64,000 nt of DNA from Chloroflexota bacterium (GTDB lineage: Bacteria; Chloroflexota; Dehalococcoidia; DSTF01; RBG-16-68-14), in contig QIFC01000116.1 in NCBI GenBank assembly GCA_003228685.1, positions 9,800 to 73,799 on the forward strand, read 5' to 3'. Position numbers and translations under genes: made by a program. Numbering within the stretch: the first letter of the stretch is position 1; every line of letters starts with the position of its first letter. The notes below the pieces were generated by a model, which ran no database searches, had not been told where the DNA came from, and was given only the letters and a program-made list of their open reading frames with translations. Below, in pieces: positions 26,247 to 35,321 of the stretch.

Positions 26247-27446
26247 TTACAACAGCACCCCCGACTCTCGCAGCGCGGCGATCTCTTCGTCCGACGTGCT
26301 CAACAGGCCTCGTAGGACCTCGCCGGTGTGCTCGCCAATCGCGGGAGCGGGTCCCTTGATGCCGCCCGGCGTCCGTGAGAGCTTGACCGGCGTGTTCGCC
26401 AGCGGCAGCTTGCCGGCGACCGGGTGGTCAACCTCGACGAGCATCTCGCGGGCGCGCACCTGGGGGTGCTCCGCCGCCTCCGGGATGGTGTTGAGCGGCC
26501 CGCACGGGATGCCGATCGCGTCGAACTCACGAAGCCACTCCTCCGTAGAACGCTTCTTCATCGCCTCGAACATGATCGGCTCCAACTCCGCGTGGTTCTC
26601 GGTGCGGTCTGCGTTCGTCGCAAAGCGCTCGTCGTAGATCAGCGCCGGCGTGCCCAGCAGCGCGCACAGCATCTCCCACTGGTGCTCCGCACCGCCCCAG
26701 AGCGCCAGCACCAGGTAGCCATCCTTCGTTGGGAACGCCTGGAACGGCGTCGCTGATGGGTGGCGAGTGCCGATCGGGCCCGGTGCATCGCCCGTCGCGA
26801 AGTAGCGCATGAAGGCGTTCTCCAGAATCGCCACCTGGCAGTCCAGCATGCTCACGTCCACCATCTGGCCCTCGCCGCTCTTCTCGCGCTCCTGCAACGC
26901 CGCCAGCACGCCGATCGCGGTGAAGAGGCCCCCCGCGATGTCGCCCAGCGAGAGGCCCGGGCGCGTTGGCGGGCCGTCGGGGTAGCCGGTGATGCTCATC
27001 ACGCCGCCCATCCCCTGCACGACGACGTCGAGGGCCGGCCGCAGCCTGTCCGGCCCCGTCTGCCCGAACCCCGAGGTCGCCGCGTAGATGATGCGCGGGT
27101 TGCGCTCCCGCAGCGCTTCGTAACCAAGCCCAAGGCCGTCCATCGCGCCCGGCGTGAAGTTCTCGACAACCACGTCTGCCTGTTCGACGAGCTTGAGGAA
27201 CAGCTCTTTCCCCTCCTCTTTCGCCAAATCGATCGAGATGCTCTTCTTGCCTCGGTTGATGCTCATGAAGTAGCCGCTGACGCCGTTGATATGCGGCCCT
27301 GTCGTTCGCGCCAGGTCGCCGTGGGGCGGGCGCTCCACCTTGATCACCTCAGCGCCGAGATCGCAGAGCACCATTGCTCCGTAGGGGCCCGAGAGCACCC
27401 ACGTGAGATCCAAAACGGTGATGCCGTCTAATGGTCCAGCCATCAT
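26247..27446 (-). CDS. family III CoA-transferase (CaiB/BaiF type), second copy
   Basis: GITVLDLT....GP.....L.DLGAEVIKVE.P..GD..R signature. Confidence 0.85.
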   Translation of the reverse strand: MMAGPLDGITVLDLTWVLSGPYGAMVLCDLGAEVIKVERPPHGDLARTTGPHINGVSGYFMSINRGKKSISIDLAKEEGKELFLKLVEQADVVVENFTPGAMDGLGLGYEALRERNPRIIYAATSGFGQTGPDRLRPALDVVVQGMGGVMSITGYPDGPPTRPGLSLGDIAGGLFTAIGVLAALQEREKSGEGQMVDVSMLDCQVAILENAFMRYFATGDAPGPIGTRHPSATPFQAFPTKDGYLVLALWGGAEHQWEMLCALLGTPALIYDERFATNADRTENHAELEPIMFEAMKKRSTEEWLREFDAIGIPCGPLNTIPEAAEHPQVRAREMLVEVDHPVAGKLPLANTPVKLSRTPGGIKGPAPAIGEHTGEVLRGLLSTSDEEIAALRESGVLL

Positions 27447-27510
27447 CTACCTCCTTTAGCGCCATCGCAGGCGAGGGTCTTCAGGCCTCGCAGAAACATC
27501 GTACTCTTTG

Positions 27511-28416
27511 CTAATCCGCGGACGCGACTTCAGCCTCGATGCGTTCGTCTCTTCTGGGCCGGATCGCCAGGTACACGCCGATCAGCACCAGCACGCCGCC
27601 GGCCATCTCGGCAATAGTCGGCTGCTCGTCCAGAATGAGGACCGCGAGCGCCGTCGTCCCGACGGGCTCCAGCAGGATCGCCATCGCGACGATTACGGCG
27701 GACAGGTACGCCAGCGACCAGTTGATCGATGAGTGGCCGATCAGTTGCGGGCCCAGCGCCAGCAGACCGATCATGATGTACGTTTTCGTCGAGTAGCCGG
27801 TAAGATCGTCGCCGGAGATCAGCAGCGCGGCGAACAGGCAGATGGCCGACACCGGATACACGACTCCGATGTAGCGCGTGAAGGAGGTCGTTGGGCGGAC
27901 GCTCCGGCCGATCATGAGATAGGCCGCCGCGAACACCCCGCCCAACATCGCGTAGAGGTCGCCGGCCAGCGTTCCGAGGCCATCGCCAATGTCCTCGGCA
28001 GCCATCATGGCGATGCCAACCGTCGCGACGAGCAGCGCGGCCCAGACGTACGGCTCGACCTTCTCGCGAAGCAGCAGAGGCGAGGCGATCGCCACCCACA
28101 ACGGCTGCGTCGCGACGAGCACGACGGACGTCACGACCGACGTGTGCTGGAGGGAACTCACCCAGAACGCGAAGTGCGCCGCCAGCAGCGCGCCCGAGAG
28201 CACCATCAAGGCGAACGTCTTGCCAACGAACGGCTCCGGCGAGCGCCGATGCTGGATCAGCGCTATCGCTCCCACGGGCACGGACGCCAGCGCCAGCCGA
28301 TAGCCGGCGATGATCAGGAACGGCGCGGTCGCCTCGCGGATCAGGATCGCCGACCAGGAGACCGCCGCCACGCCAATGAGCAGCACCGTATACGGCAGCC
28401 AGGGTCGCTCAGCCAT
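27511..28416 (-). CDS. DMT-superfamily (EamA-type) transporter
   Basis: About 10 predicted TM helices in two EamA-like halves, 301 aa. Confidence 0.7.
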   Translation of the reverse strand: MAERPWLPYTVLLIGVAAVSWSAILIREATAPFLIIAGYRLALASVPVGAIALIQHRRSPEPFVGKTFALMVLSGALLAAHFAFWVSSLQHTSVVTSVVLVATQPLWVAIASPLLLREKVEPYVWAALLVATVGIAMMAAEDIGDGLGTLAGDLYAMLGGVFAAAYLMIGRSVRPTTSFTRYIGVVYPVSAICLFAALLISGDDLTGYSTKTYIMIGLLALGPQLIGHSSINWSLAYLSAVIVAMAILLEPVGTTALAVLILDEQPTIAEMAGGVLVLIGVYLAIRPRRDERIEAEVASAD

Positions 28417-28452
28417 AGCGCCATGCTAGCAGCAGGTGTCTAGGGCTGGCAC

Positions 28453-29934
28453 TCACACCCACGCCAGGTCGTCGTTCGTACGCTCCATCTCGATGAGGCG
28501 GTCGAAGCGCAGGCCCGTGACGGCGCCGCTCGCGTCACGCACGAGAGCCACGCGCGGCGGCTCGATGGCGTTCGTATCGAGCGTGAAGAACCCGAGATCG
28601 TGTTCGTCAGGCAGCATGCGCGCGCCATCCTTCCAGGGGCCTCTCCGCGCGTGCAATTCGAGACCTCCATCTAGCAGGGAGATCTGGATCCGCCCGGTGC
28701 CGGTGATGATGCGCAGATTCGTCAGCGGGCCCGGCATCGGCGCTTGGTAGACACCTGGAGCCTGCTCGAGCAGGTCGTCGTCGACGGACCATCCTTCGAC
28801 AGGCTCAGGATGGGATGCCGGTTCGTTGAAGAGCGCCCGCATGATGCGGCTGGCCGCCGACCCAAGCTGCTCAGAGTTGATGTTGCAGTGGGTCAGCAGC
28901 GCGACGTTCTCCTGAGGGAAGATCCACATGCCGGTGCCCCAGCCGCCCGCGACGCCTCCGCCATGTTCGAAGGTGAAGCGCCCGAAGCGGCGTTCGCGGA
29001 AGAACGCATACCCGATGCTCTGCAGACGTTCATCCGGACACCACTGCGGCGACGTCATCTGGTCGAACGTCTCGGGTTTCACGATGCCCGCGCTCTTCTT
29101 GAGCAGCGCCGACGCATACTTCGCCATGTCCGGGATCGTCGACTGCACGGCTCCTGCGGCGCGTCCCTTCACGTACTGATAGCGGCCTCGGTGGTTGAAT
29201 CCGTCGACGGGCTCGCCCTCCGCCGCCGGGACCTCCGCGCCCGCCTGCTTCGCCAACTCAATCGCGTCCTGCGGCGGCGCGGTATGGTAGCCGGTCGTGA
29301 GGCCGTCGTGCGGCAGGTCGTGGCAGTCGGTGTTGGCCATGCCCAGAGGCTCGAAGATGCGCTTGCGCAGCACCTCATCGACGCTTCCTGCATCTTCTGC
29401 CCGCATGACGATCTCGCCCAGCAGCGTGAAGGCATGGTTCGCATAGGCCCACTTGGCGCCGGGCTCGACCTCGACCGTGATGCCCTCTGGGTACGCCTCC
29501 TCGATCGGGGGTGCGAACGGCTCCTCCGACCAGAGCGTCGGGTTGATGTCGCGGATCTGGCTCGGGAGCGGGGCCTCCCCGATGCCAGTCGTGTGCGTCA
29601 GCATGTGCCGGATCCTGATCTGGTCGCCGGGCCCGTGGAACTTCACCTCGGGGATGTGATCGACCAGCCGGTCCTCGAGCGAGAGCTTGCCTTCGTCGAC
29701 CAGCGCCATCGTGCTGAGCGCGATCATTGTCTTCGTGATCGAGCCGATGCGCTGGCGCAGTTCCGGAGCCTGTTTCTTGCCACTCTCGATGTCGGCGAAG
29801 CCGAAGCCCTCGGCGAACACGAGGTCGTCGCCTGCGACGATGCCAATGCCGATTCCGGGCAGGTGATATTCGTCGACCACTGCCTGCGCCTCGGCGCGGA
29901 CGCGATCGAAGTCAGCGTTCGTCAGGCTAGTCAA
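28453..29934 (-). CDS. serine hydrolase, beta-lactamase (class C/PBP-like) family
   Basis: SxxK motif SITK in the IGSITKTMIA context. Typical GIGIV..G.....GFG N-terminal region. Confidence 0.75.
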   Translation of the reverse strand: MTSLTNADFDRVRAEAQAVVDEYHLPGIGIGIVAGDDLVFAEGFGFADIESGKKQAPELRQRIGSITKTMIALSTMALVDEGKLSLEDRLVDHIPEVKFHGPGDQIRIRHMLTHTTGIGEAPLPSQIRDINPTLWSEEPFAPPIEEAYPEGITVEVEPGAKWAYANHAFTLLGEIVMRAEDAGSVDEVLRKRIFEPLGMANTDCHDLPHDGLTTGYHTAPPQDAIELAKQAGAEVPAAEGEPVDGFNHRGRYQYVKGRAAGAVQSTIPDMAKYASALLKKSAGIVKPETFDQMTSPQWCPDERLQSIGYAFFRERRFGRFTFEHGGGVAGGWGTGMWIFPQENVALLTHCNINSEQLGSAASRIMRALFNEPASHPEPVEGWSVDDDLLEQAPGVYQAPMPGPLTNLRIITGTGRIQISLLDGGLELHARRGPWKDGARMLPDEHDLGFFTLDTNAIEPPRVALVRDASGAVTGLRFDRLIEMERTNDDLAWV

Positions 29935-29952
29935 TGGCCGTTCCTTCCCAAC

Positions 29953-29973
29953 GGGCAGGTCTGAGACCTGCCC
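29953..29973. repeat. REP-like palindromic element, copy 2
   Basis: GGGCAGGTC-TGA-GACCTGCCC followed by CTAC. Confidence 0.7.
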
Positions 29974-30282
29974 CTACGTCCTTGCGACGGTGACCGCAAC
30001 CGGAGAAGTTTGTTCTGCAAAAACGCCTTCTGAAGTCAACGTTATGTCTGGTCTTGCATCTGGATTGTCGATTTCGCTTGCCATAAGCAGTTTCGATATG
30101 TCAACTGATTTCGATCCTCCACAGCCGCGGCAACTCTCTGCGATCACATGAGCATACGGGGGCCGAGAGAGAACGGCAAGAGCCTTGTGGCGCTCATGGC
30201 TCCATTACCCGCTCACAGCCCGCCTTCCAACCATTCGCCTCTGTCCCTGGCAGGCAAACGATGCCCGTAGGGGGAAGGGACG

Positions 30283-30342
30283 AGAGATTCTTCGCCCTCC
30301 CGGCCCGATCCGATCCCCTCCCCGCTCGGCTCAGAATGACAA
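30283..30342. repeat. short imperfect-palindrome repeat, family 2, copy B
   Basis: GAGAGATTCTTCGCC...GCTCGGCTCAGAATGACAA. Its ends match the element at 20311-20338, with a longer C-rich centre. Confidence 0.5.
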
Positions 30343-30387
30343 TATGGCGAACTCCAGCGCCCAGCCTCTCCTTTCCAGCGCCAGTCC

Positions 30388-32031
30388 CTACTTCTTCCCG
30401 GGGCCGTAGAGCGCGCGTCCGGAGAACGTTCCCGTGTGCTCGCCGTCCTGGAGCGCGAGCCGGCCGTTCACGACAACGTCGCGCACGCCGGTCGAGTACT
30501 GGTGCGGCGCCTCGAACGTCGCGTGGTCCTGGACCGAGTCCGGGTCGAAGACGACGAGGTCCGCGAAGTAGCCCTCTTCGATCCGCCCGCGCTTGTCCAG
30601 CTCCAGATTATCGGCGGGCAGCCTGGCTAGCTTTCGGACCGCCTCAGGCAGCGTGAGCGCCTTCTCGTCGCGGACGTACTTGCCGAGCAGCCGCGCGAAG
30701 TTGCCATACGCCCGCGGGTGCGTCGACCGGTTCAGGAACGCGCCCTCAGCGGCAATCGATTGCGCGTCCGACCCGAACGACATCCACGGCAGCGCCACCT
30801 GCCGCCGGACGTTCTCGTCCGACATCATGAAGTACGCCGTATCGATCCGGGACCTGTCCCGCAGGACTAAATCCATCAGCGCGTCGATCTCGTCCGTGCC
30901 CTCGATCTCGGCGATCTGGGCGAGCGTCTTCCCCTGGTACTTGCGATTCTCTTCTCGCCGCACGCCGAGTATGAGGATGCGTTCGCCGCCGCCCGCGCCC
31001 TTGTAGAGATTCTCCCAACCGTCGCCGGTCTCTTCGATCGCCTTGCGGATCAGGGCTCGCACACCATCGTCGTCCAGGCGCTCAAGCAGCTTGCGAGGCC
31101 CGCCGTCGTGGAACCACGGCGGGATCGCGTTCGAGAGGCCGGTCCCGCCGGCCGTGTAGGTGTACATGTCCGCGGTCACGCGCTCGCCAGCCGCGCGCGC
31201 CCCTTCGATCAGTGTTATTGCGCGCTCCATCTTCGGCCAGTTGTCGCGGCCCGCCGCCTTTAGGTGGTAGACCTCGGCGGGCACTTCGCCCTCGCGGCCG
31301 ATGCGGACCAGCTCCTCGATGCCCTCCAGCAGCTCGTTGCCCTCGTTGCGCATGTGGGAGATGTACTTGCCGCGATACGGCGACGCCGCTTTGCAGAGTT
31401 CGATCAGCTCCTCTGTCGAGGCGAAGAAGGCCGGCGGGTAGATGAGCGACGACCCGATGCCGAGCGCGCCGACCGACATCTCGTCTCGGACCAGGCCGCG
31501 CATGGTATCCAGCTCGGCATCCGTCGCGGGCCGGTCGTCCAAGCCGACCGCGTACGTGCGCAGCGTCGTCGCGCCGATGTACGACGCGACGTTCTGCGAG
31601 ACGCCCACGCTCTCCGCGTGCGCGAGGTACTCCGCCAGCGACTGCCACGGTACGTCGACCTTGGGTTCGTTCTGGTTCTCGCGCATGCGCTCCCGTATTT
31701 CATCGGTCAGCGGCCCCATTGAGTTCCCCTCGCCGAAGATCTGCGTCGTCACGCCCTGCTTCAGCTCGCCCAGCGAGCGCGGGTCCTGGAGGATGCTGAA
31801 GTAGGAGTGGCTGAGCATGTTGATGAAGCCCGGCGCGACCGCCAGCCCGCTCGCGTCGATCACGGTCGCTGCGTGCGCGCCCGCCTGCGCCCCTGCGTGG
31901 GCGTCGGCGCTCGCCCCGATCACGGCGATCCGGTCGCCATCGACCGCCACGTCGCTCACGAACGGCTCCCCGCCGCTGCCGTCGTAGACCGTCCCGCCGC
32001 GGACGATCAGATCGAACGTCTCACTCGCCAT
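30388..32031 (-). CDS. N-acyl-D-amino-acid deacylase (D-aminoacylase) family amidohydrolase
   Basis: FDLIVRGGTVYDGSG....SDVAVDGDRIA.IG start, FINMLSHS metal-binding region, 547 aa. The overall pattern is typical of the family. Confidence 0.8.
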   Translation of the reverse strand: MASETFDLIVRGGTVYDGSGGEPFVSDVAVDGDRIAVIGASADAHAGAQAGAHAATVIDASGLAVAPGFINMLSHSYFSILQDPRSLGELKQGVTTQIFGEGNSMGPLTDEIRERMRENQNEPKVDVPWQSLAEYLAHAESVGVSQNVASYIGATTLRTYAVGLDDRPATDAELDTMRGLVRDEMSVGALGIGSSLIYPPAFFASTEELIELCKAASPYRGKYISHMRNEGNELLEGIEELVRIGREGEVPAEVYHLKAAGRDNWPKMERAITLIEGARAAGERVTADMYTYTAGGTGLSNAIPPWFHDGGPRKLLERLDDDGVRALIRKAIEETGDGWENLYKGAGGGERILILGVRREENRKYQGKTLAQIAEIEGTDEIDALMDLVLRDRSRIDTAYFMMSDENVRRQVALPWMSFGSDAQSIAAEGAFLNRSTHPRAYGNFARLLGKYVRDEKALTLPEAVRKLARLPADNLELDKRGRIEEGYFADLVVFDPDSVQDHATFEAPHQYSTGVRDVVVNGRLALQDGEHTGTFSGRALYGPGKK

Positions 32032-32071
32032 TACGCGCGTATTCTACAGCATGAGCGTCCCGCAAGCGATG

Positions 32072-32845
32072 CTAGGAAAGAGTCCAGGTGTCGTCTGCGT
32101 TTCCGCTTTTCGCATAGGAAGCACCGTGCTTCTTGAGGTACGCCTGGAGAGGCTTATGCGGTATTCGCTTCAACTTGCCGAAGTTCGTGTCTTCGTTGAA
32201 GTCTCTGCCCTCGCTCTCCTTTCGACCGTAGGAGGAGTCGTCGAGTTCTTCTCCCGAAGCGAGCTTGCGGCGCGCAGTGTTGCTTGGGATCGTAGGGGTC
32301 TCATAGTCGCCGAACCACCTGCCACCGGCCTCGATCATCCGCCGGTCCCTGGCGCTCACGATCGAGATCATTGGAAAGAGGCCAAGATCAATAATCACCG
32401 GACTGCAGCCGGGTGGACTGAGACCGTTCTCCTGGAGTCTATATGCGATAACTAGCAGGACATCTGTGTCCGGCTCGACGTTCTTAAGCGTCACCTTCTG
32501 CGTTACTCTCGCTGATGGCTCGCGAGGTGTTGGTGGCTTCTTCATGGGAATCTCGGGATTATCCACATATAGAAGCTTTAGTTCGAGCCGCAGACCGGAC
32601 TTGTGCCGGTAATCGGGGTATCCTTCGCGCTCACCGAGAATTCCCTCGTGTTTCTCAATCCCTACGTCAGGGATTCCAGGCAGGTGCGGTAGGCACGCAT
32701 CCATGAGAGTTCCAACTAATGTGCCCACCTGCGAAGGTTCGAACTCGGCCAACGCGATCTTTGGTAGCGACAGTCCATCGAACTGCACGCCCCGAAGTGG
32801 CTCTAGCTCCTTCCTGAGTTTGCGAATGTCCTTCGCAGCTATCAT
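32072..32845 (-). CDS. Type II restriction endonuclease (PD-(D/E)xK), R subunit of an AhdI-type system
   Basis: YPDYRHKSGLRLELK reads as PD-x10-E-L-K. ATGA overlap with the upstream controller gene. Divergent from the M+S genes. Lower GC than the flanks. Confidence 0.6.
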   Translation of the reverse strand: MIAAKDIRKLRKELEPLRGVQFDGLSLPKIALAEFEPSQVGTLVGTLMDACLPHLPGIPDVGIEKHEGILGEREGYPDYRHKSGLRLELKLLYVDNPEIPMKKPPTPREPSARVTQKVTLKNVEPDTDVLLVIAYRLQENGLSPPGCSPVIIDLGLFPMISIVSARDRRMIEAGGRWFGDYETPTIPSNTARRKLASGEELDDSSYGRKESEGRDFNEDTNFGKLKRIPHKPLQAYLKKHGASYAKSGNADDTWTLS

Positions 32846-33111
32846 CCCGTTTCAACAGAAGCTGGAGAGACCCAGTGTGCCCGGAGTCCCTCGGGAAGTA
32901 CGGCTTCAAGCGACGCGTTCAGAGCCTTCGACCACCGGATGAACTCCACGACATCGATACGCCGCTCGCAGGTCTCGACCTTAGAAACGAGCGACTGATG
33001 AACGCCGAGGCGTTTTGCTAACTGAACCTGAGAGAGACCAGCGTGCCTTCGGGCTGCGCGCAGCCGGGCTACGATTTCGACATAATCCGGATCTCGAATG
33101 GTTTTTGGCAT
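32842..33111 (-). CDS. controller (C) protein, XRE-family HTH
   Basis: 89 aa. LSQVQLAKRLGVHQSLVSKVE helix-turn-helix. Sits immediately upstream of the endonuclease and is translationally coupled to it. Confidence 0.7.
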   Translation of the reverse strand: MPKTIRDPDYVEIVARLRAARRHAGLSQVQLAKRLGVHQSLVSKVETCERRIDVVEFIRWSKALNASLEAVLPEGLRAHWVSPASVETG

Positions 33112-33230
33112 GCTCTAATCTACACCCAACTCTATAACCAGAAGTGACATATCCCAACATCGCATGTTCTGAAAACCTTTGACAGCAGCCTTGAAACAAC
33201 CGTTCTGATGTGATAAGTTAGCCATTAACC

Positions 33231-34559
33231 ATGGCCAAACGACACACGCTTCTACCCAACTCACTAGAGACGCTCTTTGTCCGGCTTGAAGAGCTTGTGC
33301 TCGCGAACTCTGGCGAGGATGAGTTCGAGGAAGTCTTTAAGCTGCTCATCGCAAAGCTCTGGGACGAGACACGCGGTGAGAAATCGTTCGGGAGTGGCAG
33401 TACGCCCGAAGAACGACACTCTCAGCTAGACGCTGTCCTCACGGAAGCCGCCGCAGGTTGGCCCGGCATACTCCCAGAATGGAGGACCAGGCTGACGCCG
33501 CAGCATCTCGACACGTGCCTGGAAGTGCTGGCACCCCTGGAAGTTCTGAACACTGGTCTAGAGCCTCTGGACGCCCTGTTCGAATTTCTGATGAACCGCT
33601 CTGCCAAGGGTGCAAAAGGACAGTACTTCACACCTCGTTACGTCGTGGACTTCTGTGTACAGATGCTGGCGCCAAGAAAAGGAGAACGAGTCGTCGATCC
33701 AGCATCAGGGTCTGGCGCGTTTCTCTGGCACAGTCTTAACTGGCTCCTGGAAAACGGTGAGTTGCGAAAGGAAGACGTTCGGTCCTACGCTGAGCAGTGC
33801 TTGTGGGGGTTTGATTTCGATGGACGTGCAGTGAGAATTGCCAAAGCAATGATGCTCATCGCAGGCGACGGCTCAACGAATGTCTTTCGCGTGAACAGCC
33901 TACTCAAGCCAGGGACTACACTCTTTGGTCCGGACACGAGCGGGTTGAACGGCGGTCTGGACGAAGATTCAGTGTTTACAATTGAGGACGTATGCCGAAC
34001 GAAATTGAGGAGTCGCCCGGAATTCGACGTGCTTCTAACCAACCCTCCCTTCGCTGGTGAGATTCGAGAGCGCGAGATCCTGGAGTCGTATCGGCTGTCT
34101 CGCGGGAAAAGACGTGTCGAAAGGGATGTGTTATTCCTGGAGCGCTGCGTGGAGCTTCTCCGTCCCGGAGGCCGGATGGCAATTGTGTTGCCTCACAACA
34201 AGTTTGCTGGCCGCGAATACGGTGACCTTAGATCCTGGACCCGCCGACACCTTCGGATAGCAGCAGTTGTTGGACTCGGGCGAAATACGTTCCTCCCTCA
34301 TACGCATCAGAAGGCCAACATATTGTTCGCCGAGAAGCGAGCCCGCGCTGAAATGCCAGACCAGGGGGAGCGCATCTTCTTCGCTGTTTCAGAGGAGGAT
34401 GGTAAGGATGCTCAAGGCCGCCTTCGCCTAGCAGAGGCCGGCACGGGCGACGACAACCATCGGGAAGGAATCCCATCCTGGAGCTCGGTCGCTCACGATC
34501 TTGGCGACATCGTCCGCGAATTCAACGACTTCCGGGTTAGTGAAGGCATCTTCGAGTAG
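33231..34559 (+). CDS. N6-adenine DNA methyltransferase, HsdM-like (M subunit)
   Basis: GQYFTPR, motif I VVDPASGSGAFL, motif IV LTNPPFAG. Confidence 0.8.
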   Translation: MAKRHTLLPNSLETLFVRLEELVLANSGEDEFEEVFKLLIAKLWDETRGEKSFGSGSTPEERHSQLDAVLTEAAAGWPGILPEWRTRLTPQHLDTCLEVLAPLEVLNTGLEPLDALFEFLMNRSAKGAKGQYFTPRYVVDFCVQMLAPRKGERVVDPASGSGAFLWHSLNWLLENGELRKEDVRSYAEQCLWGFDFDGRAVRIAKAMMLIAGDGSTNVFRVNSLLKPGTTLFGPDTSGLNGGLDEDSVFTIEDVCRTKLRSRPEFDVLLTNPPFAGEIREREILESYRLSRGKRRVERDVLFLERCVELLRPGGRMAIVLPHNKFAGREYGDLRSWTRRHLRIAAVVGLGRNTFLPHTHQKANILFAEKRARAEMPDQGERIFFAVSEEDGKDAQGRLRLAEAGTGDDNHREGIPSWSSVAHDLGDIVREFNDFRVSEGIFE

Positions 34560-34564
34560 ACGAA

Positions 34565-35257
34565 ATGGCTGTTTCAGTGATAGTCGATGCGGCTGGACTC
34601 GCGGCGAACGCAGTACTCGCGCCAGAGCGATACCATCCGCGCAGGACGATGGCCTTGGCTCAACACGCAAGCAAGACTGTGGCTGACGTTGCAGTACTTA
34701 TTCGGGACTCAGTGACAACGGCGACGGCTTCTGAACAAGCTGCCAACTTCAGAATTCTTGACACTTCCCATGTTGTTGAAGGATACGTCCGACCCCGGCG
34801 GGATTGCGTCGGCCCGGAACAGCTAGGGAGTACGAAGCGCGCGATACAGATCGGTGATGTCTTAGTGTCGCGCCTGCGCCCTTATCTCAGGCAGATCGGT
34901 GTAGTGGACAGAGAGTTGATTGGAAGGGACGACTCTGACTGCGCGGTCGTTTGTTCGACGGAGTTCTTCGTCCTTAGATCACCTGACGGGGGCTCGATCG
35001 CCTTCCTGGTTCCCTACTTCTTGACCGCATCGGTCCAGGACGTGTTTGCGGCGGCCGTCGAGGGAGGTCATCATCCCCGCTTCGGCTCGGAGGTGCTACT
35101 TGGCATACCCATCCCTGATGAGCTCCTTGCGAAGAGAGAGCAAATCTCAGCTGACATGGAAGATGCCGTGTACGCCATGCGCCAAGCCGAGCAGGTTATA
35201 GGTGGCGGAATAGCTCGGCTTCAGTCTTGGGTGGCGCGCGAGTCGGGCCCGCAGTAA
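34565..35257 (+). CDS. half-size specificity (HsdS-like, single TRD) subunit
   Basis: 230 aa. IQIGDVLVSRLRPYLRQIGVV matches the S-subunit TRD motif (gD.l..r..p.l.k). Helical C-terminal spacer region. Lies 5 nt after the M gene. Confidence 0.6.
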   Translation: MAVSVIVDAAGLAANAVLAPERYHPRRTMALAQHASKTVADVAVLIRDSVTTATASEQAANFRILDTSHVVEGYVRPRRDCVGPEQLGSTKRAIQIGDVLVSRLRPYLRQIGVVDRELIGRDDSDCAVVCSTEFFVLRSPDGGSIAFLVPYFLTASVQDVFAAAVEGGHHPRFGSEVLLGIPIPDELLAKREQISADMEDAVYAMRQAEQVIGGGIARLQSWVARESGPQ

Positions 35258-35321
35258 GAACCTCTGACGCAAACGCTGACCCTCGCGCACCCGGCACTCC
35301 GTCGGCTAGAATGGCGGGGCT

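Noticed and set aside
28744-29964. 406-aa ORF antisense to the beta-lactamase-family gene
   Set aside because: It is a shadow ORF. Its ..GQV* end is generated by the REP-like hairpin, whereas the minus-strand gene has the SxxK context.
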